Assembly: GCA_026770705.1 (NCBI GenBank) | Contig: JANJGN010000026.1 | Location: 32,240,001 to 32,304,000 of the forward strand | Length of the DNA: 64,000 bases | Origin: Isurus oxyrinchus | Taxonomy: Eukaryota | Direction: 5' to 3' | In this document: one piece after another, positions 25,041 through 36,073 of the stretch | How positions within the stretch are numbered: the first letter of the stretch is position 1 | How the letters are laid out: every line of letters starts with the position of its first letter | Notes under the pieces: model-generated | Seen by the model: the letters and a program-made list of their open reading frames with translations, nothing else | Told to the model about the DNA's origin: nothing | The model's database searches: none | Translations under genes and position numbers: made by a program

Positions 25041-25499
25041 GAAGATCTCCGGATCTACCTGTCCTTGTAAAAGTGATAGGTCTGGAGCCTATCTGTAGTC
25101 AACATTTTCCTAATCTCACAGGCGGTCTCAGAGGTGTCACAGATTAAAGTTTCTGGGGTAAAAGTAGTAACTGACTGAAATTTACTGGTGCTATCGGGTC
25201 TCGGTTTGGAGTTGGGTAGCTGCTTATCATTTGGGTTTATTAATTGTACATATGGACTGGACGGCTTTGATTAAATCTAGGCAAAGACTAATTGTGAAGT
25301 ACTTAACTTCTCATCCTAATTAGAAAGAAAGGTCTATCTATCTAAGTATATAGATATTGCGTTCGGAGTGAGGGAGTTAAAGTGAGCAAAAAGACAGTAA
25401 TGTGAAACAGAGGAACGGAACGAGAAAGACAAACAGACAAACACAACCAGGGATAGAATGTGATTGGAGAGAGACAGTTGTTATATAACCCTGAACAAA

Positions 25500-25625
25500 C
25501 AGTAACTGGTCCACAGCTGACGTCAGCTCAGAAAAACCAGCCAATCGCAGCACTGAGAAACGCCCCTCAATTTCCAGTAACTGAAACCTGCCGTTGATCT
25601 GAGTTTACTCTTTGATATAAGACTA
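25500..25625 (+). promoter_or_regulatory. V14 promoter
   Basis: TGACGTCA at 25518, CCAAT at ~25541 and TATA-like GATATAAG at ~25614, all upstream of the leader ATG. Confidence 0.65.
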
Positions 25626-25677
25626 GAAGCAGCAACATATTTTCAGCAGTGTGCTGTTTACTGTCGAGCCTGGAACC

Positions 25678-26115
25678 ATGTGTTCCCTGTATGCTTTACT
25701 GATAACAATGGTCGTGCTACCCGGTGCGTCTGGACTAAAATCCTCAGTGTGTGTTTCATGGGTTATATTTACTCACAGATTGTTGACACATTCTATATGT
25801 TGTTACAGGAACGAATGGCCAAGATTCAGTTTCCCAGGATCCGCTTGAATTAACGTTTCAGGAAGGACAGACCGTAATATTGAACTGCAGTTACACAGCA
25901 AAATACAGTTCAACAACTCTCTTCTGGTACATCCAGTATCCCGGGGAAGTTCCGAGATATTTACTGAAGAAATACAGCATGGGGAAGGGGGATAAGTCTC
26001 CAGATTTCCCTGACAGGTTTTCTGCTGATTTGGATCAGGACAAGAAAACCGTACCTTTAAATATCGACGGGGCTCGTGTGACTGACTCTGCCGTGTATTT
26101 CTGTGCGTTGGTGCC
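25678..26115 (+). CDS. TRAV/TRDV: Intact TCR alpha/delta V segment (V14)
   Basis: Leader 25678-25723 MCSLYALLITMVVLP. V exon 25809-26115 is open: GTNGQDSVSQDP...VILNCSYT...LFWYIQYP...DFPDRFSA...DSAVYFCALVP. Confidence 0.95.
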
Positions 26116-26154
26116 CACAATGTAAAAGAGGCGCAGTCAGTCTGTACAAAAACC
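26116..26154 (+). other. 23-RSS of V14
   Basis: CACAATG + 23 nt + ACAAAAACC. Confidence 0.95.
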
Positions 26155-26352
26155 GGCAAAGGCACTCTCCCCTCCTCTCAGTCACTCAGATATGTGAACT
26201 GGATTGTGAACTGCTAATAAAACCAAAACCACATTATGAAGGCCAGCTTGCCCGAATGATCTCTTTCTCAAGTGCTGAATGTGTGCCGTTCTATGTAAAA
26301 TCCCTCTTTCTACTCGTTTTCATGGTCTCCGAGCAGCTCTCTGAATCGGAGA

Positions 26353-28278
26353 ACAAAAACAGAATTACCTGCAAAAACTCAGCAGGTCTGGTAGTATCGA
26401 CAGAGAAGAAAAGATTGACATTTCGAGTCCTCATGACTCGTCGACAGAACTTGAGTTCGAGTCCAAGAAAGAGTTGAAATATAAGCTGGTTTAAGGTGTG
26501 TGGTGGAGGGGAGAGAGAGAGAGAGAAGTGGAGGGGGTTGGTGTGGTTGTAGGGACAAACAAGCAATGATAGAAGCAGATCATCAAAAGATGTCACAAAC
26601 AACAGAACAAAAGAACACATAGGTGTTAAAGTTGGTGACAATATCTACACGATGTGCTAATTAGAATGGATGGTAGGGCACTCAAGTTACAGCTCTAGTG
26701 GGGCTGAGGAGAGCATAAAAGATTTAAAAATATTTTAAAATAATGGAAATAGGTAGGAAAAGAAAAATCTATATAATTTATTGGAAAAAAACAAAAGGAA
26801 CTGGGAAACAGAAAGGGGTGGGGATGGAGGAGGGAGTTCAAGACCTAAAGTTGTTGAATTCAATAATCAGTCCGGAAAGCTGTAAAGTGCCTAGTCGGAA
26901 GATGAGATGTTGTTCCTCCAGTTTGCGTTGGGCTTCACTGGAACAATGCAGCAAGCCAAGGACAGACATGTGGGCAAGAGAGCAGGGTGACAGGGCTCTC
27001 AACCGTGTCCGGCCCATCTCCCGCGCATCCACCCTCACGCCTTCTCCTCCCTCCCAGAAACATGATAGGGTCCCCCTTGTCCTCACTTATCACCCCACCA
27101 GCCTTCGCATTCAAAGGATCATCCTCTGCCATTTCCGCCAACTCCAGCATGATGCCACCACCAAACATATCTTCCCTTCACCCCCCCTGTCGGCATTCTG
27201 TAGGGATCGCTCCCTCCGGGACACCCTGGTCCACTCCTCCATCACCCCCTACTCCTCAACCCCCTCCTATGGCACCACCCCATGCCCACGCAGAAGATGC
27301 AACACCTGCCCCTTCACTCCCTCTCTCCTCACCGTCCAAGGGTCCAAACACTCCTTTCAAGTGAAGCAGCATTTCACTTGCATTTCCCCCAACTTAGTCT
27401 ACTGCATTCGTTGCTCCCAATGTGGTCTCCTCTACATTGGAGAGACCAAACGTAAACTGGGCGACCGCTTTGCAGAACACCTGCGGTCTGTCCACAAGAA
27501 TAACCCAAACCTCCCTGTCACTTGTCATTTTAACACTCCACCCTGCTCTCTTGCCCACATGTCTGTCCTTCGCTTGCTGCATTGTTCCAGTGAAGCTCAA
27601 CGCAAACTGGAGGAACAACATCTCATCTTCTGACTAGGCACTTTACAGCCTTCCAGACTGAATATTGAATTCAACAACTTTAGGTCTTGAGCTCCCTTCT
27701 CCATCCCCACCCCCTTTCTGTTTCCCACTTCCTTTTGGTTTTTTCCAATAAATTATATAGATTTTTCTTTTCCTACCTATTTCCATTATTTTTAAATCTT
27801 TTATGCTCTCCCCAACCCCACTAGAGCTATACCTTGAGTGCCCTATCATCCATTCTTAATTAGCACATTCGTTCAGATAAGATCACCAACTTTAACACCT
27901 ATGTGTTCTTTTGTTCTGTTGTTTGTGACATCTTTTGATGATCTGCTTCTATCACTGCTTGTTTATCCCTACAACCACACCAACCCCCTCCCCTTCTTTC
28001 TCTCTCTTTCTCTCTCTCCACACCACGCCCCCCCCCCAACCCACACCCCCCCCCCCCACCCCCCATCACACACACACACACACACACGCACACACACCTT
28101 AAACCAGCTTATATTTCAACTCTTTCTTGGACTCGAACATAAGTTCTGTCGAAGGGTCATGAGGACTTAAAACATCACCTCTTTTCTTCTCCGCCGATGC
28201 TGCCAGACCTGCTGAGTTTTTCCAGGTAATTCTGGTTTTGTTTTGGATTTCCAGCATCCGCAGTTTTTTTTGTTTTTA
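26353..28278 (+). mobile_element. Penelope-like retroelement, 5'-truncated with inverted 3' end
   Basis: GIY-YIG region (NLVYCIRCSQCGLLYIGETKRKLGDRFAEHL). 26353-26988 is inverted relative to ~27540-28250. 15-bp TSD tctctgaatcggaga / tctctgaataggaga. Confidence 0.93.
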
Positions 28279-28871
28279 TCTCTGAATAGGAGATTATGGT
28301 TCTGTTATCAGAACAACATTAACTATTACACATCACTGTCCCTTCTCAAAGATTAACTCCGTTAAAGGACAAAAATTCGCTTGATTGCCTATTTTATTAT
28401 TATTCTCGAGTACACAGACGTAATTGTTCAGTAGCTGAGTATCTTCAGGGACGGTGCCGATAGATTTGTCAATATTAAGGAAAATAAGTGATTTGAGGAT
28501 ATTGCAGGAAGGTGGATATGAAGTAACTCCACCATGATCTTATTGAATGGCGGAGCAGGACCAAATGATCCACTTGAGCTTCTATTCTTATTCTCTTATA
28601 TTCTTCAATCCAGTTAGTTTGTTGTCAGAACAATTTCTAGTGATTCCATGCAGCTTACTCTGATGTCATGGATTGGAGCGCAAAGAAAGTGTGAGCTGAT
28701 TGGATGAAATGTAGTACAAAGGAGCTTTGGGCTGATTGGGTGTCACCTGGCTCTGTCAGGAAGGAACCAATCGGTAGCGCGGCCGGATATTACTCAGCAT
28801 CTTATCAACTCTCAATTAAAACAGTTCATCTTTAACTCATTGTGTTCAAATCCACCAGCAGCTCTGTAAAC

Positions 28872-29399
28872 ATGTTGGGTGTTACCTTTTCCTCATTCCT
28901 CACAGCTGTAGCTCTCTTAAATGGTAAGTTCCCAAGTTGCACAAGTTTCACTTTGCTCGTGACACTGTCAAATTAATCTCCCCTTTAATTGTGTTTTCTC
29001 TCTACTTACAATCTATTTCTACAGTTACCTTGATATTATCGTTCATAATAAAGTAACAAAAAGCTTAAGTTCTGTATTTCTTTATTTTGCAGCTGTTAAT
29101 GCTGCAGACACGGTCTCACAGGAGCCGGTTACAGCTGCAAAGTTTGAAGGAGACTCGGTGACCATTAATTAGAGCTATTCAACCATTGCTGATTCATACT
29201 CTTTACAACTGTACCGTCAGGATCGGGGTGAAGCCCCTACAATCTTAATCTACATCCCTAAGTATGGAGATGTTTTCAGAGCAGAAGGCGTGGGGACTTG
29301 ACTTTCTGCCTCTCTTGACTCTTCGAAAAGTGAAGGGAATTTTACCATCCGTGACCTGCGGCTGTCTGACAGTGCCGTGTATTACTGCGGGCTGAGAGA
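28872..29399 (+). pseudogene. TCR V pseudogene (V15)
   Basis: Leader 28872-28923 MLGVTFSSFLTAVALLN. Exon from 29093 has TAG at the Cys23 position and a second stop; ends DSAVYYCGLR. RSS CACAGTG+23+ACAAGGACA (29400-29438). Confidence 0.92.
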
Positions 29400-30516
29400 C
29401 ACAGTGGCAGGAACCAGAGGGAGCCCCGTACAAGGACACTGCCGCAATGTGGCAAGGTGAATGGAATAGGGGGGAGCGGGGGTCAGGGTGGGAAGAAACT
29501 GAAATCAAAGACCAGAATGTGCTAAATTCAAATAACATCAGATAAGCAACAAGCTGAAAGCATCAGGTGCAGGATCGGGGAAGGGTTCCTCTGTTCCATT
29601 AACGTTGAATATATTGTGAACATAATTCAAAAATGCGTTTACAGAATCCCTACCATTTTAAATTAAAGGTATTGCAACAGAGAAGCTGGCCCAAATATTT
29701 GACATTGTTTTTCATCCGTTAAAGTGCATACACACTACAAACAAATAGAGCAGGAAGTATATGACACTGCGGGTCACGCAGGTGAAAATATAAAGTCTTT
29801 GTATTTACATAAAGCTTCATCCAATGTTCAGATTTCCCCAAAGCGCTTCCAGTGCTTCTGGAAAACTTTCTTATACTGTTTTCAATCAGGTTTTTACACT
29901 CAGTAGGTTTTCTGGTCATCTGTTGCTGCGCCTCGAACACACCAAGCCTGTGTTTACAGATTATTTACTTTATTAATCATTGTTCAGCATCGTCGAATCA
30001 TGTCCTGACAATCACCCCTAAGAGCCTGTTTAATTTGTGTGTTATTTGTTTAAACATGTGTAAGTGAGAGGTGTTTCATCAGCTTATTATAATTATTAGA
30101 AGTTTCCCCTCCTGGTGGGATTTGGTTTACTTTATAGACTGATATTTCAAACAAAACATTATCTGTTCATTGGCCGTGAGTTCTTTCAGAAGTAGCGGCA
30201 GACGGATATATCAAGTCCAGACCAACTGCAGGGTGTTGTATTCTCAATGGGAACGGTGAGTTCCCAGGGTTCCCCAAATAAACAGCAGGATTCTGCGCCC
30301 ACACAGTTAACGGAATAATCAGACTGAATCAATGTTTAATGTGATTGATTTTAGATGGTGTTTACGTGGATTGTGCTTGGGGTCTGCGCACATAGGAATG
30401 AATTCAGGTGTCAGTGTCTTATCCGCTGTTAACAACAGACCTCAGCAGACAGCAGCTGTGACCCAGAATGCGGCAGCAGTTATCGCACGAGGTTTCCACT
30501 CGTTCCCATCACTGTG

Positions 30517-30816
30517 AGACTTTGTGCACAGTAATAGACCGTGGTATCAGACAGCCGCAGCTCCGGGATGGTCAATCGATTCAACTTGTCTGACTGCTGG
30601 ACTGTATCAGAAAACCGGCTCTGAGCGAAATCCGCCTTAAATTCAGAACCGCCGCCCGTCTGCCTCCGGCCTGCAAACTCCAGCTGTGTGCCTGGGTATG
30701 GACGCCAAAAGTATAAGTAATGACCATCGTCGGTATAGTTGCAGGTTAACGTGACAGCTTCTCCCTCTGTGTGAGTGAGGATTCCCGCTGAGTCACAGAA
30801 TCTCCATCGCTCAGAT
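30517..30816 (-). pseudogene. TCR V pseudogene (V16)
   Basis: FR1 frameshift relative to the phase-1 acceptor; then EGEAVTLTCNYT...DTTVYYCAQS is open. CACAGTG+23+GCGATAACT (30478-30516). No convincing leader. Confidence 0.87.
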
Positions 30817-31561
30817 CTGAAACACACAGTTAAAGAAAACAGGACTAGGACCGTTTTCAGTTTGGATCGTGTCATTCCCTTTATTTTTTATATCCCAGTC
30901 CTACTTGTTAAATTATGCTCACTTTAATCATTATGAAAACACAGAGATCCTCATACGATTCGGTCTCTTACACGTCCACTCAAAGAAAGGATGTAAATAT
31001 GACTCCTGATTCACACCTATATGATATACTGTGGGATTTAAATGCAGTTGCTTCTATTTTAAACTTCCTTCAGATCTGAGGTTATTATATTGTGCCTATT
31101 ACAACTTTTCGCACTAATGGAAAACTTCATTTGAGGAACTCGTTGAAATGGGAGACTGGGAAGTATTGGATTTTCTACACTGTGCACTTTCCTGGACCAG
31201 GGTAGAATGAGAGAGAGGCTCAGAGGTAGAAAGAGAGAGAGCGAGAGAGGGAGGGGAGATTGACTCACAGAGAGACCAGACGATTGAGGCAGACATCTGG
31301 ACGATGGGGGAGCCATTGACATCGAGAAAAACAGACACGAAGAGACACAGAAACTGCCAGATAAAGCATTAGGGCTCCAACTAACACTTATTGGTGCCCA
31401 ACTGCTGCCGGCTGTGAGAAATCAACCAATCATGTCCTTGGGAAATGTCCCTCAGGTTCCCAATAAATGAAGCCTCTCCATGATCTGTCTTTCATCTTTC
31501 GTTGCAGGTCAGAAGTGCTGTTTAAACTATGTTATTTCCGTCGAATTCTAAACCACGAACC

Positions 31562-31927
31562 ATGTTCTCGCGCTGCTTGTTACTAATAATGTTGGTATTA
31601 CTGACCGGTGAGTCAATGTCTAAATAGTTAGTGTCTGTCCATGGGTCATATTCATACCCAGACATTTGATACATACTGTACTCTGTTGCAGGAACCAATA
31701 GCAAAGGTGAAGTGTCCCAGAGTCCCTCTGATTAACGGTTCTGGAAGGGCAGGCCATAATACTGAACTGCAGTTACTCTGCAACTGCTGTTCGAACTCTG
31801 TTCTGGTACATCAGGATTTCCCAGACAGGTTTTCTGCTGTTTTGCACGAAGGAAACAAAACAGTTCCTTTAAATATCGCCGGGACTCTTCTCTCCAACAC
31901 CGTTGTCTATTTCTGTGCCATTGAGCC
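31562..31927 (+). pseudogene. TCR V pseudogene (V17)
   Basis: Leader 31562-31607 MFSRCLLLIMLVLLT. Exon from 31692 has a 1-nt frameshift and a ~70-nt FR2/CDR2 deletion; ends VVYFCAIEP. Heptamer destroyed. Confidence 0.9.
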
Positions 31928-31987
31928 AATAGCGGTGCAGAGAGAGCGCGGGTTCCGTACAAAAAACCTCAATGAGAGTTTGTTATT

Positions 31988-32006
31988 GTACAGCAGAGGG
32001 CGCACA
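31988..32006 (+). promoter_or_regulatory. CTCF motif ~23 bp after the V17 nonamer
   Basis: ACAGCAGAGGGCGC. Confidence 0.68.
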
Positions 32007-32334
32007 CACGGCAATAAACAGAAGCAACAGCTCAGCCTGTGAGTGTCACAGAGTTATTAATAAAGTATCAAAACAAAACAAGACACTCAATAAGAACAGT
32101 TGAGGAGCAAGTGAGGAATTATATTGATTGATTTTAACTGGCAAGTATACTAAAAGATGCATTCACAAATTAATTTGTGGTGCGTTAACTCACATTTTGC
32201 CAATAAATAATTTTTCCTTGCCTGTCAGAATTATTTTGCAGGCTTTCTACATCTCCAGTCTCCGTTCCTCGGTGCATTTCAAAGCTGACACATATTGCCT
32301 ATTTGATCAGAGTATATTTGGTCATAGTGCAGCT

Positions 32335-32416
32335 GGTAACGTGGCCGAGCGGTCTAAGCCGCTGGATTAAGGCTCCAGTCTCTTCGGGAGCGTGTGTTCG
32401 AATCACACTCAGCTTT
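32335..32416 (+). tRNA. tRNA-Leu(AAG)-derived sequence, probably a pseudogene/retrocopy
   Basis: GGTAACGTGGCCGAGCGGTCTAAGCCGCTGGATTAAGGCTCCAGTCTCTTCGGGAGCGTGTGTTCGAATCACAC closely matches vertebrate tRNA-Leu-AAG. The 3' acceptor strand is degenerate. Confidence 0.85.
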
Positions 32417-32420
32417 CATC

Positions 32421-32706
32421 GCAAAGCCTCAGAGTAAAGGGAAGAACAGAGATGAGGAGAAACCTCTTCAGCCAGGTAGTGGTGAATCTATGGAATTTAT
32501 TGCCGCAGAAGTCTGTGGAGGCCAAGTCATTTAGTGTATTTAATACCGAGATAGATCGGTTCCTGATTGGTAAGGGGTTCAAAGATTGCGGGGAGAAGGC
32601 GGGAGAATCAGGTTGAGAAACTTATCAGACATGATTGAATGGCGGAGCAGACTCAACGGGCCGAATGGCCTACTTTCTGCTATGTCATATGGTCTTATGG
32701 TCTTAT
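32421..32706 (+). mobile_element. CR1 3' tail fused to the tRNA-Leu copy
   Basis: Same family as the tail at 62290-62580; ends in (tcttatgg)-type microsatellite. Confidence 0.88.
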
Positions 32707-33974
32707 ATTGCTGCTTCAGGGCGGTATATGGAAAATGAACACATTTCACAATGAATGCGCCCTTTAAAACAAGTCCCGAGCACAGAGCTCCCTCAGTGCT
32801 CATTGTTGCTTTTCAGTAGCTGTTTAATCCTTTCTGTCACCATTCACAAATTAGTGTTTCTACTTTTCATACCAAGGCTGGGGGATGCATTGCCCTCCCC
32901 CCACCCCACTCACCCACCCATCCACATCCACCCGCTCCTCCCCATCCCCCCAATCCCGTCCCAAACCTTGTAACCATCTCCGTTGTAAGGACATTGATTA
33001 TAGCCCCGCCTGGGCTGTTTCAATTCACAGAGAGCCGACAGGTCTTAAAGCATCACAGGGGACACAAGTAAGTGAGGTGGGAGGACCCTGCGAATGAAGG
33101 GGAATTCTTGAGGGTGCAAATTAGAACGAAGTTGTTCTCATCTCAACTTCCCTTTTACAGAGAGGACAACGGCAAAGCAGTCACCCAGCATCTCGGTTGT
33201 ATGGGGCGGCGGCAGGACCAATTCTGACAGATTGAAATAAACACATTTCATCTCATTTACAGAACACGGTTTGAATCTGAAATTTTGAACACAGTCCTGC
33301 TTGATTATTTCCTGTGTGAATACATATTTCATTTCTGAGCCATGGAGAGTCTGTCACTTAGATATTGTCCTCGAATGTTAAGAAAAAAGGAGATGCAGCT
33401 GCTTTAATTTTCACCTACTGATAGTATATGGAAGGATTTCTTTTTTCTTGTATTGGCTTAACCAGATCGGGCTGTATTCACAGAGGCGGTCTTGCTCCTA
33501 TCTGCAGACAATCGGTGAGACAGAGAACAGCAAGGGTACGGTTCAGGCAGTCAACCCTCCCAGAGTGGAGAAAGTGGAGTCAAAGAGTTGATCAGAAGCA
33601 GGACTGAGAACCGGTGTTTATGATGAAAAGGATCTCCACTCCCGTACTTTAGGCTGTGCCTGGGAGCTCCTGTCTGTGGAGTTTGTATCGAATCTCGGGC
33701 AGGTGCAGCCACAATGTTCAGCGGCGCTGTCAGCCGCTCAAACACACACCGAGAGGAAACCACATTCACTTCGGATCAAACTGTCACTAATTGCTTCCAG
33801 CAGCGGCCGAGAAAACAAACGGCAGAATCTGATCCGACCCACAGATCCATCACCAAATGAATCTACAAGGTAAACTGCCCTTCCTGTTTCTGATCAGCTG
33901 CTAATTCCCTTAAAGACAGGACTCGATGTTCAGATCAGCTCCGGGAAGGATGTTTACGATTCTCGAACCTGACT

Positions 33975-34125
33975 GGCTGACGTCAAGTAGGCTGCGGACT
34001 GACGTCACACAAACTGTAGAGTGACGTCGCACAGACCGCCGACTGACGTCACTCAGACTCTCGACTGGCGTGATAGATGTCCGCATTCTGACGTCACACA
34101 GACGGGTGCTCAGACGCATGCGCAT
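33975..34125. promoter_or_regulatory. 22-bp-phased CRE array plus NRF1-like site upstream of V18
   Basis: TGACGTCA at 33978, 34000, 34044, 34089; variants at 34022, 34066, 34111; CGCATGCGCA at ~34114-34124. Confidence 0.8.
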
Positions 34126-34316
34126 TCCTGTCCACCAAATCACATCCTGTTGAAGCTCCCGAAAAGCTTCACTTTGTGATCACAATTCCCAGACACCCCG
34201 GTCTGACCGACACTGTGTAGGACTCAGTTTGATCTCCAGCAGCACTGCCGGCGAAGGAGTATCTCTTGCCCTGAGGTCTGCTGACAGCTGTTTCCCAATA
34301 ATCGATAGGACCCGAC

Positions 34317-34830
34317 GTGCCACTGAGCTTCACTTTAGTGATTTTCTCCCTGGGTTTCTTATATTTACCTCCGTGTGAGTATGATCGCTATTCCTGGCAG
34401 GATTATCTCACGATTCAGGTCCGTTAGGCTAAATTGCACTTTGTTTTATTGTATTCTCTTGTACTACGCATAAAGGTGTTCTTTATTGTGCTGTATTATA
34501 TTCCATTGCGCTATATGGTATTAATTTTATGAAATTGCGGTATATCCACACATTCTTCTCAGATGCAAGGGGCAGTGAAGAGGTATCACGGCCTCCTGAG
34601 TTAGTAATTCTTACCGAGGGAGATACTGCATCCTTGACCTGTTCCACTACAATAGGAGGAGGATCCCTACACTTCTACAGGCAATAACTGGACCGAACTG
34701 TGCAGCACCTGGCGAGTGGTACCGGTGATCAGGATAGGATCACGGCTCATTTCAGCAGAGAAAAGCAGCACTCTCAATGTTAGCGACACTCAAGTGACAG
34801 GCACCGCCAACTATTTCTGTGCAATGGAAA
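34317..34830 (+). pseudogene. TCR V pseudogene (V18)
   Basis: Leader 34317-34374 starts with GTG. Exon from 34563 (EGDTASLTCST...) has a stop and a frameshift; ends TANYFCAME. RSS CAGAGTG+23+ACAAAACCC (34831-34869). Confidence 0.88.
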
Positions 34831-35079
34831 CAGAGTGTATTCAAGACCATTCAGGACCGTACAAAACCCGCCAGGGCGATCCGGAAAGTATGCAACCCGT
34901 GCAGTTATCAGGGAGCTGAGCGTTTTACACCACTCTCCCTTGGCCTTTTTACACCACTTTCCCTCGGCTACCGAATAAGTGAAACCTTTTTCTCATTTGG
35001 GTTTACTCTTTAATATCAGAGAAGGGTCAAATGCTTTTTAAAATTCCGTTAATTTCTGTGCAAGTCTGAATCAGACAAC

Positions 35080-35445
35080 ATGTTCTCCCCATGGTGCTTT
35101 CCGATAATACCCACGGTGCTGTTCGCTGTGTCTATATTTAAAGGACCGTTGTCTAGTTCATGTGTTAAATCCAATTCCAGACCTTGACATGTTTTGCTGC
35201 AGGAACGAGTGACACACAGTGAATGTCCCAGGATCCGTCGGATTTGAAGTCCTTGGAAGAACAGTCAGTAATGTTAATCTACAATCACCACACATACGAT
35301 GCCTTTCTCTGCCTCTAGGCAGATCAGTATCCCGGGTAGGTTCTGAGATATTTACTGAGGAGACGTAGGCCGAGATATTGAGATAATTCTCAAGATTTCC
35401 TGAACCAGCTCTCTGTTGATTTGATCAAGGACAAAGACAGCAATG
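35080..35445 (+). pseudogene. 3'-truncated V relic (V19), inverted paralog of V8
   Basis: Leader-like 35080-35125 (donor lost). Exon from 35203 (SQDPS...QYPG...RYLLR...DFLNQLSVD). No YYC or RSS. Confidence 0.75.
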
Positions 35446-35600
35446 CAAATGTTTGATAAAAAAAAACCTGACAAACTTTATTCTCCGTGCGCCTGGGATC
35501 AAACTAACCCCTCTGATAAAAGCACCAAAGAAGACTGCGTGCAAAAAACTCGAGGAGGTTTTTGTTTTCTACGGGGTCTTGGCTTTTATGCAACGGTGTG

Positions 35601-36073
35601 CCTCACTACACGGTAATAGACCGCCTTGTCCCCCACACTGAGGCTGCTTATTTTGAGGTAGCCATTCTTCTTAGACTGGTCAGCAGCCAACAGATGTTGT
35701 GCTGATATTTTGTCTTCGTTGAATGCTGCCACTTTGGTAATTATCCAGCTTGGAGGTTGTGCCTGTTTCTGCTGATTCCATTGCACGTTGTCTATAACCT
35801 GCTCTGTATATTCGCAATCGAACTGCACAGAGGCCCCTTCTAACACGGTTAATGCCACCGGTGACTGAGTTACTGGATCTGCAAATAGTTCACCTGTGAA
35901 CGCAGAGGAACAAAAGAGCAGGAAGTTAAACAGGATCGATCAAAACCTGTGTCTATCTGTATGAATGTGCTTAAATTCCAAACTACCAAGCTTGCATCAA
36001 TCTACTAAACTGTCTTGATGAACCTAATTCTAGACTTACTGTCCAACAACGCGACCAGTATTATCAGAAACAT
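35601..36073 (-). CDS. TRAV/TRDV: TCR V segment (V20): open frame but Cys104->Arg, likely non-functional
   Basis: Leader 36040-36073 MFLIILVALLD. Exon 35601-35893 is open (DPVTQSP...VQFDCEY...VQWNQQK...DKAVYYRVVR). RSS CACACCG+23+AGAAAACAA. Confidence 0.85.

Noticed and set aside
26743-27633. 296-aa ORF as a novel gene
   Set aside because: A read-through across the Penelope inversion junction: antisense 3' end fused to the GIY-YIG region.
33480-33700. Possible extremely decayed V in the position mirroring V10
   Set aside because: Only a TGVY-like fragment; no Cys/Trp framework or RSS. The adjacent 33700-33860 does resemble the V4 3' flank.
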